A DNA stretch of 64,000 nt from an uncultured Bacteroidales bacterium. GTDB lineage: Bacteria; Bacteroidota; Bacteroidia; Bacteroidales; WCHB1-69. Position numbers and translations under genes: made by a program. The stretch covers positions 6,631-70,630 of the forward strand of contig CAMJXE010000005.1 of NCBI GenBank assembly GCA_946409645.1, given 5' to 3'. The notes beneath the pieces were generated by a model, which was given only the letters and a program-made list of their open reading frames with translations, ran no database searches and had not been told where the DNA came from. Below are positions 29,058 through 37,344 of the stretch, piece after piece. The first letter of the stretch is position 1. Each line of letters begins with the position of its first letter.

Positions 29058-32000
29058 CTATTGTTCCTTTACGTTGGCTTTTAAAGCATTGTTAATAAGT
29101 GATTTAAGTTCCAACACATTCGATTCCACTACATTTTTCTTCTCGGGATTGAAGAGAGTGGCGTATTTCGCTTTTCCGACTTTGAAGTTCCGTTTATTCT
29201 CTAAACCTATGATATCCAGACCAATACGTATGGGTTTGAGCAAGGAAATGTTATAATCGTAGGTCAAGTCGAGATTATGTCGCCCAGAGATAATGGCTTG
29301 GTATTTGTCAATGGAGAGCAAGAACGGATAGACATCCACTTCGTTGCGGAAGATGGTGATTTCTGTTGATAAGCTATCGATTTTGTTCTGCGTTTTCTTG
29401 TTGAACATCAATTTCTTAGCGATGGTTTTGTAAGTTTCGTTGTCCAAAACCACCAAGTCGTGACCATTGATGGCGGCGGCGCCGCGTAGGGTAGAGAATT
29501 TGATGTCGTAATTCGATTTCAGGTAGGTTTCCGCAGCGAAGTGGAACTCAGCGTTGCCACTGAAGGCCTTCAACATAGGGATAATTGTATCGACTTCAGG
29601 AATCATAGTAATGAGTTTATCTATCTTGATATCAAGTAGATGAAAGTCAAAACCTAAGAAGAGGTGATTCATGCGCGGAGTGCGGTACATGGCCGTAAGT
29701 TGCATCCGTGCGGCATCGTTCGTGAGACCCATTTCCTCCAATACTAATACGCCATCCTTCACGTACACGCGACCGGCGATGTTGCGGAATTCTGATTTCT
29801 CATACAAGGCTTTCTTGATGGTGGTGTTCATATTGACATCCACGCCAAACGGCACGATGAAAGGTGTTGACTCGTTGTTCTCGGTCAATTGTTCAGCCTG
29901 TTCCAACAGTGTATCAGGTGCTCCGAAACCATCTACAAATGCCATCAATTCATTCAAATTCAAATAGTTGGCTATTAATTCTAAGTCGCCTTTAAGTAAT
30001 CCTTTGTTTTGGAGGTAGGGTTCTATACCCGTAACGGTGCCCGTGAGATTAATATCTGACTGTCCAAACTTCAAATTAGCTTTTTTTAACACACATTTCT
30101 GTGGGTTGAAGTCAATATTCAGTGTCGGAAATTCTATGGCGTGCGCCACATCTCGGATTTCTGTTTTGGCATTCGTGGTATGCAATTTCACCACCGGCGA
30201 CCACTGCAATAGAGGGTGCCCTGCATGTTCCTTGTAATCAATTTCAGTTTGCAGATTAATTTTGTCTGTGGTGAAGTCAATGAGATTACCCATACCGGAA
30301 CTCGTGGATTGCCCTGAGTTGCTCACATGAACTTTAACATTGTTTCCGTTATAGTCTAAACGTATTTGATTCATGTTTTTCAACACTACAACACCTTGAG
30401 GATGTGAGAGTTCTGCAGAGATCGTGTCTGCCCTCATGCTGAGATGATTCAGTTTAAAGGAAGTGGCAAGTTTGAGATCTACCGTGCTGTCTAACAGATT
30501 GTTGGAATAAGCGTCCAATTGAATGGAAGAGCCCAAGATTTCCTTCTTCGCAGTAGAGCGTATGTTTCGGATTAATAGTTCGCTCGTTTTCACCTTAGCA
30601 TTGAGCCATTCGTCGATTTTGTACGGATTATCAGTGGTAGGGAATGTCAAATCAACCTGTAAATCAGGTGAATAGACAGACATGGTGTCGTCATACAGCA
30701 GTTTCAAGTCCTTAAACTGTCCGTTGACGATGGCCTTGGAGATATTGTCAACAGAAAACTCGGCTTCGGGGTCGTATGCAAGTTGTGTTGTCACCTTGAC
30801 ATCCGCCGTTCCTTCGTATGAAGTGAAAATTTCGGGCAGGAAATCTTTGAAGTCTTTAATGTGCAGGTTTCCGTTGGCGACAATGTCGCATAACATCTTG
30901 CCAAACAGATTCTTAACAGTACCCGTAGCGGTCAATTTATTCTGTTTTCTCGTGGTCGCGGACAACGTTTTGACGGTTAAATCGCTTTGATTGTTGAGAT
31001 CCAGATGGAGGTCGAAACGACCGTTCACTTTCTCAAAATCAAGCGGCAGGCTTTTCATCGCAAAAGAACCGTTTTTCCAAACAATGTCGGAAGTGACGAC
31101 GGGTAAATGAGAAGGATAATACATTCCTTTCACCGTTCCCTGGATTTGCATTTTTCCATCTATCGTTATGTTATCCAGAGCGTTACCGATTACTGCATCG
31201 GGAATAATGGGAAGGATATCCAGGATGTTCCACTCGTCGGTTTCGTATTGCAGGTCGGTGTATAGACCGTGACGGGTTGTATCTTGTTGTACCATACCGT
31301 TCACCAAAAGGGAATGGCCATCGACCTTGAATACCGTTTCTTTCAAGTCATACCGTTGTGCGTCAAAGTCAGCGCGCAATATTGAATAGAAAGAAGCGTC
31401 TAAATTATTGACATATAGAGCTGTATCGACGAGAAGTTGCGTGTTTTGCAGCTGTACATCTACTTCTCCGTCTATAAGGTTAAAATTTGTGAAGGAGCCG
31501 TTGTAGGAAGCTTCCAAATTTTGTCCAAACAGGTTGATTTTAGTGCTGTCAGTCAAGACAAAAAGCATAGATTTAGCATTTGCCTCCAACTTTCCAACAA
31601 TGTTTTTTTTGGCAAAAGCCCCTTTTACTGCCAAGTTCACCTGTTGAAGTTCTGCTTTAAATTTGGATTGTTCATTTTGATAGAGGATATCAACATTTTT
31701 CGTTTTAACTTTTTGTAAATCAATTGTATAATCGAAAGAAGATGTATCTTCAGGATTCGTACGAAAAACATTATAGTTTCCGTTCCCTTCTTCATCCACA
31801 CAAAGATTCACTTGTCCGTCAGAAAGTGAAAAATCGTTAATTTCAACGTGTCGATTCTTGATTAATTCACGGATGTTGAGAGCCGCCACACAATCTTTAA
31901 CATAGAGCAAGGTGTCCGATACGACAGCATTTTGAGGGTTATTTAGCACTACATTTTCCAAATCGAGACCGATTTTTGGAAAAGTTTTGAAAAAAGTGAG

Positions 32001-32174
32001 TCCAACTTTATCTATATGGAATTCGCAAGAAAGGAAACGGTCGGCTTGGTTATTGACGATTTGCGCCAGTTTGGAGGGTGAAAAAATGTAAAAACAGAGA
32101 ACAGAAAATGCCAAAGCAATCGCTAAGATTAGCGAGCTTATTGAAAGTAATACTATTTTCAGTCCTTTTTTCAT
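29058..32174 (-). CDS. AsmA-family / TamB-like large envelope protein
   Basis: 1038 aa with a single N-terminal TM anchor (IVLLSISSLILAIALAFSVLCFYIF), then a long beta-rich, repeat-poor body. The call rests on architecture only. Confidence 0.55.
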   Translation of the reverse strand: MKKGLKIVLLSISSLILAIALAFSVLCFYIFSPSKLAQIVNNQADRFLSCEFHIDKVGLTFFKTFPKIGLDLENVVLNNPQNAVVSDTLLYVKDCVAALNIRELIKNRHVEINDFSLSDGQVNLCVDEEGNGNYNVFRTNPEDTSSFDYTIDLQKVKTKNVDILYQNEQSKFKAELQQVNLAVKGAFAKKNIVGKLEANAKSMLFVLTDSTKINLFGQNLEASYNGSFTNFNLIDGEVDVQLQNTQLLVDTALYVNNLDASFYSILRADFDAQRYDLKETVFKVDGHSLLVNGMVQQDTTRHGLYTDLQYETDEWNILDILPIIPDAVIGNALDNITIDGKMQIQGTVKGMYYPSHLPVVTSDIVWKNGSFAMKSLPLDFEKVNGRFDLHLDLNNQSDLTVKTLSATTRKQNKLTATGTVKNLFGKMLCDIVANGNLHIKDFKDFLPEIFTSYEGTADVKVTTQLAYDPEAEFSVDNISKAIVNGQFKDLKLLYDDTMSVYSPDLQVDLTFPTTDNPYKIDEWLNAKVKTSELLIRNIRSTAKKEILGSSIQLDAYSNNLLDSTVDLKLATSFKLNHLSMRADTISAELSHPQGVVVLKNMNQIRLDYNGNNVKVHVSNSGQSTSSGMGNLIDFTTDKINLQTEIDYKEHAGHPLLQWSPVVKLHTTNAKTEIRDVAHAIEFPTLNIDFNPQKCVLKKANLKFGQSDINLTGTVTGIEPYLQNKGLLKGDLELIANYLNLNELMAFVDGFGAPDTLLEQAEQLTENNESTPFIVPFGVDVNMNTTIKKALYEKSEFRNIAGRVYVKDGVLVLEEMGLTNDAARMQLTAMYRTPRMNHLFLGFDFHLLDIKIDKLITMIPEVDTIIPMLKAFSGNAEFHFAAETYLKSNYDIKFSTLRGAAAINGHDLVVLDNETYKTIAKKLMFNKKTQNKIDSLSTEITIFRNEVDVYPFLLSIDKYQAIISGRHNLDLTYDYNISLLKPIRIGLDIIGLENKRNFKVGKAKYATLFNPEKKNVVESNVLELKSLINNALKANVKEQ

Positions 32175-32546
32175 TTATTGTTTAGTAAATGTGTAGGTTT
32201 TTCCGTAATTGTCGTGATAGGCAAGGGTGGTGGCGTTTAGTTTTGTAACCGTATATGTTTTCGGGATGTTACCGCCCATTTCCATTCTGTGAATTTGGGT
32301 CAGCGTGGAACCTTCCAACGTCCAGGTAAAGGGTTGTGCTTCCTCTTCGGATACATCGTCAGCGGTGTCCCAAGTATAACCAGTTCCCGTTGCGTTGTAA
32401 TGTTCGTGCAATGTTCCTGACACCCAAGAGCCCGGAAGCAAGGTTTTGTCGAACTTCTCGCCACCATTGATGGGGTCACAACTGGTCATCCAAAATGCAA
32501 CCAGGCAGAAACATAATATTTGAAGTTTTTTTTTCATTATATGCAA
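32175..32546 (-). CDS. Small lipoprotein (lipocalin-like), function unknown
   Basis: Signal peptide ending in the lipobox-like WMTSC. Its stop abuts the AsmA-like start, and its start overlaps the murB stop by 10 nt. Confidence 0.6.
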   Translation of the reverse strand: MHIMKKKLQILCFCLVAFWMTSCDPINGGEKFDKTLLPGSWVSGTLHEHYNATGTGYTWDTADDVSEEEAQPFTWTLEGSTLTQIHRMEMGGNIPKTYTVTKLNATTLAYHDNYGKTYTFTKQ

Positions 32547-33547
32547 TTGATTTCCATCTCTAACGTTATGTCAAACAGAGTGTTAACATCTTTGACGATG
32601 GTTTCAGCAGTATCTAATACTTCTTTAGGAGTGGCTTCGCCATAGTTAACAAGTACTAAAGCCTGATTTTTCCACGTACCGGCTTTGCCCAGTCGCTTGC
32701 CTTTCCATCCAGCTTTTTCAATTAGCTGTCCGGCAGAGAGTTTCTTACATCCATCGGGAGCATCGTAAGCCACTAAATCGGGATAATGTGCTTTCAGTTT
32801 TTGGAATTGTTCAATGGAAACGACTGGATTTTGGAAAAAACTTCCGCCATTTCCGATGGTTTTTGGATCGGGCAGTTTTTCGTCGCGAATTTTGCGCACA
32901 CATTCGGAGATATAGCGCAATTTCAGCGGTAATTCGCGCTCCGCCAGAGCGTTGGCCAGTCCTTGGTAGGATAACGTAAAATGCTCTTTGGTAGATAGTT
33001 GGAACCATACGTAGGTGATGATGCAATCGTTTTTCAATGCCTGTTTAAAAATGGAATTGCGGTAAGTAAACTGGCAATCGATATTCATCAGTTCGAACGG
33101 TTTGCCAGTGGAGATGCGATAACCCTCAACTTTGTAGATTGTGTCCTTCACTTCCACGCCGTATGCGCCGATGTTTTGCACTGGGGAGCTACCCACCAAT
33201 CCAGGAATGGCCGTAAGATTCTCAATACCAAAGTATTCGTGCTTGATGCAATATTGTATCAGGTTGTCCCACGGCTCGCCCGCCGCAACACGTAGCAGCA
33301 CATTTTCACCGAATATTTCCATCACCTCAATACCTTCGAAAACGGGGTGGGCTATGACACCATCAAAATCTTTGGTAAACAGCGTGTTACTACCTCCTCC
33401 GAGAATATAATAGGGCTGTTTTGACAAAAAATCTTGGATAATAGCGGGAACCTCATCGGCGGATTCCATTTGGAGAAATTGCCGAGCGTACACCTCCATC
33501 CCAAAGGTGTTGTATGTTTTAAGATTTTGATTTTCAGATAATTTCAT
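32537..33547 (-). CDS. murB: UDP-N-acetylenolpyruvoylglucosamine reductase
   Basis: FAD-binding N-terminal region (YYILGGGSNTLF) and a MurB C-terminal domain (GSFFQNPV..SAGQLIE.AG.KG). Confidence 0.9.
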   Translation of the reverse strand: MKLSENQNLKTYNTFGMEVYARQFLQMESADEVPAIIQDFLSKQPYYILGGGSNTLFTKDFDGVIAHPVFEGIEVMEIFGENVLLRVAAGEPWDNLIQYCIKHEYFGIENLTAIPGLVGSSPVQNIGAYGVEVKDTIYKVEGYRISTGKPFELMNIDCQFTYRNSIFKQALKNDCIITYVWFQLSTKEHFTLSYQGLANALAERELPLKLRYISECVRKIRDEKLPDPKTIGNGGSFFQNPVVSIEQFQKLKAHYPDLVAYDAPDGCKKLSAGQLIEKAGWKGKRLGKAGTWKNQALVLVNYGEATPKEVLDTAETIVKDVNTLFDITLEMEINCI

Positions 33548-33550
33548 GAA

Positions 33551-34978
33551 TTAGAACATGTATCCCATTTTGACATAAATATTGGCCATACCGTCGTTGT
33601 CGCGCTTGTCGAATGGTACCGCCCAATCGACGGAAAGCACGAAATTGTCGTTCATCATCAGCTTCAGACCCAAACCGCCGGAAAAGTGTGGACGATAGAC
33701 ATTCCTAGTGTCATCAAAAACGATGTATTCGGAGAGATCGTCAAGATTGAATTCGGGGTCGTTTTGCTGAATATTGGCGATGATGGCATTTTGGTCCAAA
33801 CGGTAGGGTTGAAGAACGAGTCCCATATCCACAAATGGGTTCAAACCGATGAAGAAGTGCTCCTTTCCGATGTCGAATTTGCAGATTTGGAATCTGAACT
33901 CCACATTGGCAAAAGCGTAACTTTTAGCGGTAATGCGGTGGCGCAGAATGCCACGACAGGTGTTACCGCCGCCAAGTCCTTCGTATAAAACCCTTTGGAT
34001 AAACAGGTTGTTGTAATAGTTGTTGAGATAGAAAGGAGCATCACCAGCCACATTCATCTGAGCAGCCAAGCGGTAAGCAAAAGTAATGATGTCTTTATAA
34101 ACAGGCACAAAATGGCGAAAATTAGCGTTGAAAATCAAACTGTTAGCATTCTTATCTTCGCCAAAACCGGCGTAATAGGTCAGAAAAACATCCGCATTCA
34201 TGCCCCTTTTGGTGTTTTGCTGACGGTCGCGGCTGTCAAAGGTGATGCCACCACGCAGGTAAGGGTGCCATCCGCCATTGGCCTCCGCCGGCGAGATAAT
34301 CCCCCATTTCACGTATTTGTCGTACATTCCATCCACGTAAGGCAGCATGTTTTCCGGTTTCTTTCCCTTATTAATCATGTCGATATTTACGGGTGCTATG
34401 TTATACCACAACAATCCCAGTCCCGCGTTCCAGAACCAGTTTCCTCCGATTTTGCCGTCAATGTCGGCAGCGATACGAAGAAGGTCGCGTTGCGATTTGT
34501 AGAAGGCGCGAGAAATGTATTCCTCACTTTTCTTCTTCGCCCAACCACCATTATAAACGCTCTGATAACCATTGTAGCCGTAGAAATCGCACAATGCATC
34601 AGGCAGATAGGAAAGATCTATCTTCAGATGGTGCTCTGGAATAAGGTATTTGGAGTCGTAGGCGAAACGGAACAGTCCGGAACGCTTGGTTGTATAAGCC
34701 GCCTCAAAATAGAGCGAATGGAAGTAGTCGGGGTAAATGGATCCGTCGCCGAAATTGTAAACGTTAGACAACACACCGAACTGGAAGCCTTTGTCGGCAT
34801 CGTATGCAATGCTGGGCAATATGCCAAACGTCCATCCCGTACGGACCTCGCTTTTCTCTTTTTTGGGTTTTGGTTTTTTATCCCGTTGAACTGCTGTGGT
34901 GTCGCCGTCGTTGGCGTATGTGGTGAGAGTGCCCATCAGAAGGGCAATAGTTAGGGTGAGAGTGATTCTTTTTGTCAT
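33551..34978 (-). CDS. Omp85/BamA-TamA-family-like outer membrane beta-barrel without recognisable POTRA domains
   Basis: Signal peptide, alternating aromatic beta-strand pattern, and a C-terminal ..YVKMGYMF with terminal Phe. Confidence 0.6.
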   Translation of the reverse strand: MTKRITLTLTIALLMGTLTTYANDGDTTAVQRDKKPKPKKEKSEVRTGWTFGILPSIAYDADKGFQFGVLSNVYNFGDGSIYPDYFHSLYFEAAYTTKRSGLFRFAYDSKYLIPEHHLKIDLSYLPDALCDFYGYNGYQSVYNGGWAKKKSEEYISRAFYKSQRDLLRIAADIDGKIGGNWFWNAGLGLLWYNIAPVNIDMINKGKKPENMLPYVDGMYDKYVKWGIISPAEANGGWHPYLRGGITFDSRDRQQNTKRGMNADVFLTYYAGFGEDKNANSLIFNANFRHFVPVYKDIITFAYRLAAQMNVAGDAPFYLNNYYNNLFIQRVLYEGLGGGNTCRGILRHRITAKSYAFANVEFRFQICKFDIGKEHFFIGLNPFVDMGLVLQPYRLDQNAIIANIQQNDPEFNLDDLSEYIVFDDTRNVYRPHFSGGLGLKLMMNDNFVLSVDWAVPFDKRDNDGMANIYVKMGYMF

Positions 34979-34990
34979 ATTTGTAGTATA

Positions 34991-35131
34991 GGGTTTTAAG
35001 GTTTAAAGGTGATGGTTTTTAGTTTTTAGTTTATAGTTTATGGTTTATAGTTTATGGTTTATAGTTTATGGGTTATAGTTTATGGGTTATCGTGACGTTA
35101 TTTATAAAACCTTAAACCCTAAACCTTAAAC
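34991..35131. repeat. Composite intergenic repeat: 11 heptamers (RGTTTAT) flanked by inverted GGTTTAA-type arms
   Basis: 35014-35090 reads ggttttt agttttt agtttat agtttat ggtttat agtttat ggtttat agtttat gggttat agtttat gggttat. The arms are gggttttaaggtttaaaggt (34991-35010) and aaaccttaaaccctaaaccttaaac (35107-35131); the latter overlaps the yggS stop. Confidence 0.85.
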
Positions 35132-35797
35132 GGAATAGTTTCTCGGACCGAAAATCGCGCTGCCAATACGGATCAACGTGCTGCCTTCGGAAATGGCGAT
35201 TGGGTAATCATCCGTCATTCCCATAGAAAGTTCCTTGAAATCAGGATTTTGTGAAAAATAGCGGGTTTTGAGATCTTCGAAAATCCGGCGGAGGTGGTGG
35301 AACTCGCGGCGCACTTGTGCTTGGTCGTCGGTGAAGGTGGCCATCCCCATCACACCGTGTATTACCACATTTTTAAGTTCCTGGAACTCTGCACTTAGCA
35401 ACATATCCTCGCACTCCTCCAGTGTGAAACCGAACTTGGTCTCCTCATCGGCGATATGGAACTGCAGCAGACAAGGGATGATGCGCCCGTTTTTCACGGC
35501 GTACTTGTTAACCTCTTTCAGCAGGGGAAAACTGTCAATGCTGTGAATCAGAGCCACATACGGAGCGATATACTTGATTTTGTTGGTTTGCAGATGACCG
35601 ATAAAATGCCACTCAATGTCTTGAGGAAGAACTTCGTGCTTGGCTTTCATCTCTTGGGCGTGGTTCTCACCGAAAACGCGCTGACCGTGTTGGTACAGCG
35701 CGGCGATGTCTTCCGCCGGTTTGAACTTGGAAACGGCGACCAGGCGCACACCTCCGGGCAGGGAAGCCCGGATTTCGTCGTATTTTTCGATATTCAT
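35126..35797 (-). CDS. yggS: YggS-family pyridoxal-phosphate homeostasis protein
   Basis: 223 aa; VAVSKFKP..FGENHAQE..WHFIGHLQTNK..MGMT.D signature regions. Confidence 0.9.
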   Translation of the reverse strand: MNIEKYDEIRASLPGGVRLVAVSKFKPAEDIAALYQHGQRVFGENHAQEMKAKHEVLPQDIEWHFIGHLQTNKIKYIAPYVALIHSIDSFPLLKEVNKYAVKNGRIIPCLLQFHIADEETKFGFTLEECEDMLLSAEFQELKNVVIHGVMGMATFTDDQAQVRREFHHLRRIFEDLKTRYFSQNPDFKELSMGMTDDYPIAISEGSTLIRIGSAIFGPRNYSV

Positions 35798-35812
35798 ACG
35801 GACTCTATTTAG

Positions 35813-35886
35813 TGACCCCGGCGGGATTCAAACCCACGACTTTCAGAACCGGAATCTGACGTTCTATTCAGCTGAACTACGGGGCC
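35813..35886 (-). tRNA. tRNA-Arg (anticodon CCG)
   Basis: The reverse complement GGCCCCGTAGTTCAGCTGAATAGAACGTCAGATTCCGGTTCTGAAAGTCGTGGGTTTGAATCCCGCCGGGGTCA folds as a cloverleaf. The anticodon loop is TTCCGGT. CCA is not encoded. Confidence 0.9.
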
Positions 35887-35897
35887 GATTCGAGGCG

Positions 35898-35905
35898 CAA
35901 AAGTA
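35898..35905 (-). promoter_or_regulatory. -7 box TACTTTTG for tRNA-Arg
   Basis: The plus strand reads caaaagta, 12 nt upstream of the tRNA 5' end. Confidence 0.55.
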
Positions 35906-35956
35906 CAATTTTTTTTTATAACTTTGGCTTTTGGTTTTTGGCTTTGGCAGAGGGAG

Positions 35957-36958
35957 TTAGATCACTATGGAGCAGACGATGAAGATGATGCTGGCGAATT
36001 GCAGGATATTGCGGGCGAGAAACCAGCGGATGGCAAACCATTCGAGGTGGTTTTCCGAAATCGCGTCCCAGTGCTCGATAGGACCATACCACCATTGCCG
36101 TTTGAATTCACGGTCGGGGTGGTAGCAGAACTGGCAGAGGAGATAAAACAGCGTGACGGAGAGTGGCAGCAACAGGAAGATGGCGGAAAAAGCCGGATGC
36201 AAATATTTGAAAATCAGCGAAATGAGAAGGATAATATAAGGTGTGAAATTGAAAATGGCAGAAGCGGTCAGTTGCAACGGTTTGGTTTTCAGGACCTCGG
36301 CCAACGTTTTTTTCCCCACTTTTTTGTCAGTGGAAATCTCCATGACGGAGTGCGTGTACAGGATGTTGACCACCCAGAGTCCCACAGCCACTGAAACGAC
36401 CCACACCCCCGTGTTGAGCGAACCGCATGCCGCATAATGCACACCGGCCATCAACAGCGGTCCGAAGATGAGACCTGTGACCAATTCCCCGAGACCGTGA
36501 TAACAGAAACGGATGGGTTTCCCGGAGTAGAAAAAGCCGAGGAACCCGGCTCCCAGAGCAATGTAGAGCGGTATGAAACCGCGTTTTGCGAAAACGATGC
36601 AGCCCAATAGCAGAGCGGTGAGTCCGAAGAGGGAAGCCACGAAAAAGAGTTTTTTCGGAGTGACTTCGCCGGAGGTGAGATAAGGGCTCTTGGCGATACG
36701 CGCACGCTCGCCTTCGGCAGCCACCTGCTCGCGAACCTCTTCGCTCTTGAACTGGTAGTCGAAATAATCGTCGAAAAGGTTGACAGACAAGTGGGCCAGC
36801 GCCACCCCGATGACGGCCACTATACCCAACCAAACGGAAAACGATTCATTGCCCGAGGCCATGAACACCGCGACCAACGCGGGCAACATGCTTTGCGGCA
36901 GCGCGAAGGCACGTGCGTTTTGGATCCAATAGAGAAGCTTTTTCATCATCTTGACCAT
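35957..36958 (-). CDS. UbiA-family prenyltransferase (MenA-like)
   Basis: Polytopic membrane protein with the Asp-rich motif NLFDDYFDYQ. The start is set at ATG 36958 (36949 or 36946 are also possible) because the longer ORF runs through tRNA-Glu. Confidence 0.7.
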   Translation of the reverse strand: MVKMMKKLLYWIQNARAFALPQSMLPALVAVFMASGNESFSVWLGIVAVIGVALAHLSVNLFDDYFDYQFKSEEVREQVAAEGERARIAKSPYLTSGEVTPKKLFFVASLFGLTALLLGCIVFAKRGFIPLYIALGAGFLGFFYSGKPIRFCYHGLGELVTGLIFGPLLMAGVHYAACGSLNTGVWVVSVAVGLWVVNILYTHSVMEISTDKKVGKKTLAEVLKTKPLQLTASAIFNFTPYIILLISLIFKYLHPAFSAIFLLLPLSVTLFYLLCQFCYHPDREFKRQWWYGPIEHWDAISENHLEWFAIRWFLARNILQFASIIFIVCSIVI

Positions 36959-36971
36959 TTCACATACACTA

Positions 36972-37008
36972 TAAAAAAAAACCACCCGTCCGTAAGAAAG
37001 GTGGCTTT
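36972..37008 (-). terminator. Intrinsic terminator downstream of tRNA-Glu
   Basis: The minus strand reads agccacc-tttcttacggacg-ggtggtt followed by a T-run of 7 or more. Confidence 0.5.
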
Positions 37009-37011
37009 TAG

Positions 37012-37083
37012 TACCGCGTACGAGAATCGAACTCGTATTGCAAGATTGAGAATCTTGATTCCTAACCGTTAGAAGAACGCGGC
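37012..37083 (-). tRNA. tRNA-Glu (anticodon CUC)
   Basis: The reverse complement GCCGCGTTCTTCTAACGGTTAGGAATCAAGATTCTCAATCTTGCAATACGAGTTCGATTCTCGTACGCGGTA folds as a cloverleaf. The anticodon loop is TTCTCAA and the T-loop is TTCGATT. Confidence 0.85.
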
Positions 37084-37098
37084 AGTTGAAATCGGCGG

Positions 37099-37106
37099 CA
37101 AAAATA
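37099..37106 (-). promoter_or_regulatory. -7 box TATTTTTG for tRNA-Glu
   Basis: The plus strand reads caaaaata, 16 nt upstream of the tRNA 5' end. Confidence 0.5.
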
Positions 37107-37176
37107 CATTTTTTTTTGATATAACGGCTTGTTTTCAAATTATTTTTTATCCAAAGCATAAGTTTAATAATCCCAT

Positions 37177-37213
37177 CGTAAAATTCCCTTACACCTTGTA
37201 AGATTTTCTTACA
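37177..37213 (+). promoter_or_regulatory. Tandem dyad sites (TGTAAR-N5-YTTACA, two copies), a candidate enhancer (UAS) for a sigma-54 activator
   Basis: cGTAAAattccCTTACA (37177-37193) and TGTAAGattttCTTACA (37197-37213), centres 20 bp apart. The same architecture recurs at 41729-41767. Confidence 0.55.
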
Positions 37214-37266
37214 CTTTTTCGTCGCTGCTTTCCGCTGAGCGTTTCACAATCAGCATATTACAGTTT

Positions 37267-37283
37267 TGGTATCCTTTTGGCAT
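37267..37283 (+). promoter_or_regulatory. Candidate sigma-54 -24/-12 promoter for tolC-hlyD
   Basis: tTGGtatccttttgGCat, with GG (37268-37269) and GC (37280-37281) 12 nt apart as in the TGGCAC-N5-TTGC consensus. The half-sites are imperfect, and the alternative register TGGCATattctTTTCG also exists. Confidence 0.4.
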
Positions 37284-37297
37284 ATTCTTTTCGAAAT

Positions 37298-37327
37298 TGT
37301 AGAGACGCGCCATGGCACGTCTCTACA
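37298..37327. repeat. REP-A copy 7 (canonical), in the predicted 5' UTR of tolC
   Basis: tgtagagacgcgccatggcacgtctctaca. Confidence 0.9.
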
Positions 37328-37344
37328 ACGTCAAAAATGATAAT

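Noticed and set aside
33995-34954. 319-aa plus-strand ORF opposite the Omp85-like gene
   Set aside because: It is a shadow ORF. The minus-strand product has a signal peptide and a beta-barrel terminal Phe.
35107-35131. Telomere-like CCCTAAA/AACCTTA heptamers
   Set aside because: There is only one perfect CCCTAAA unit inside a bacterial intergenic inverted repeat, and the context is chromosomal-internal.
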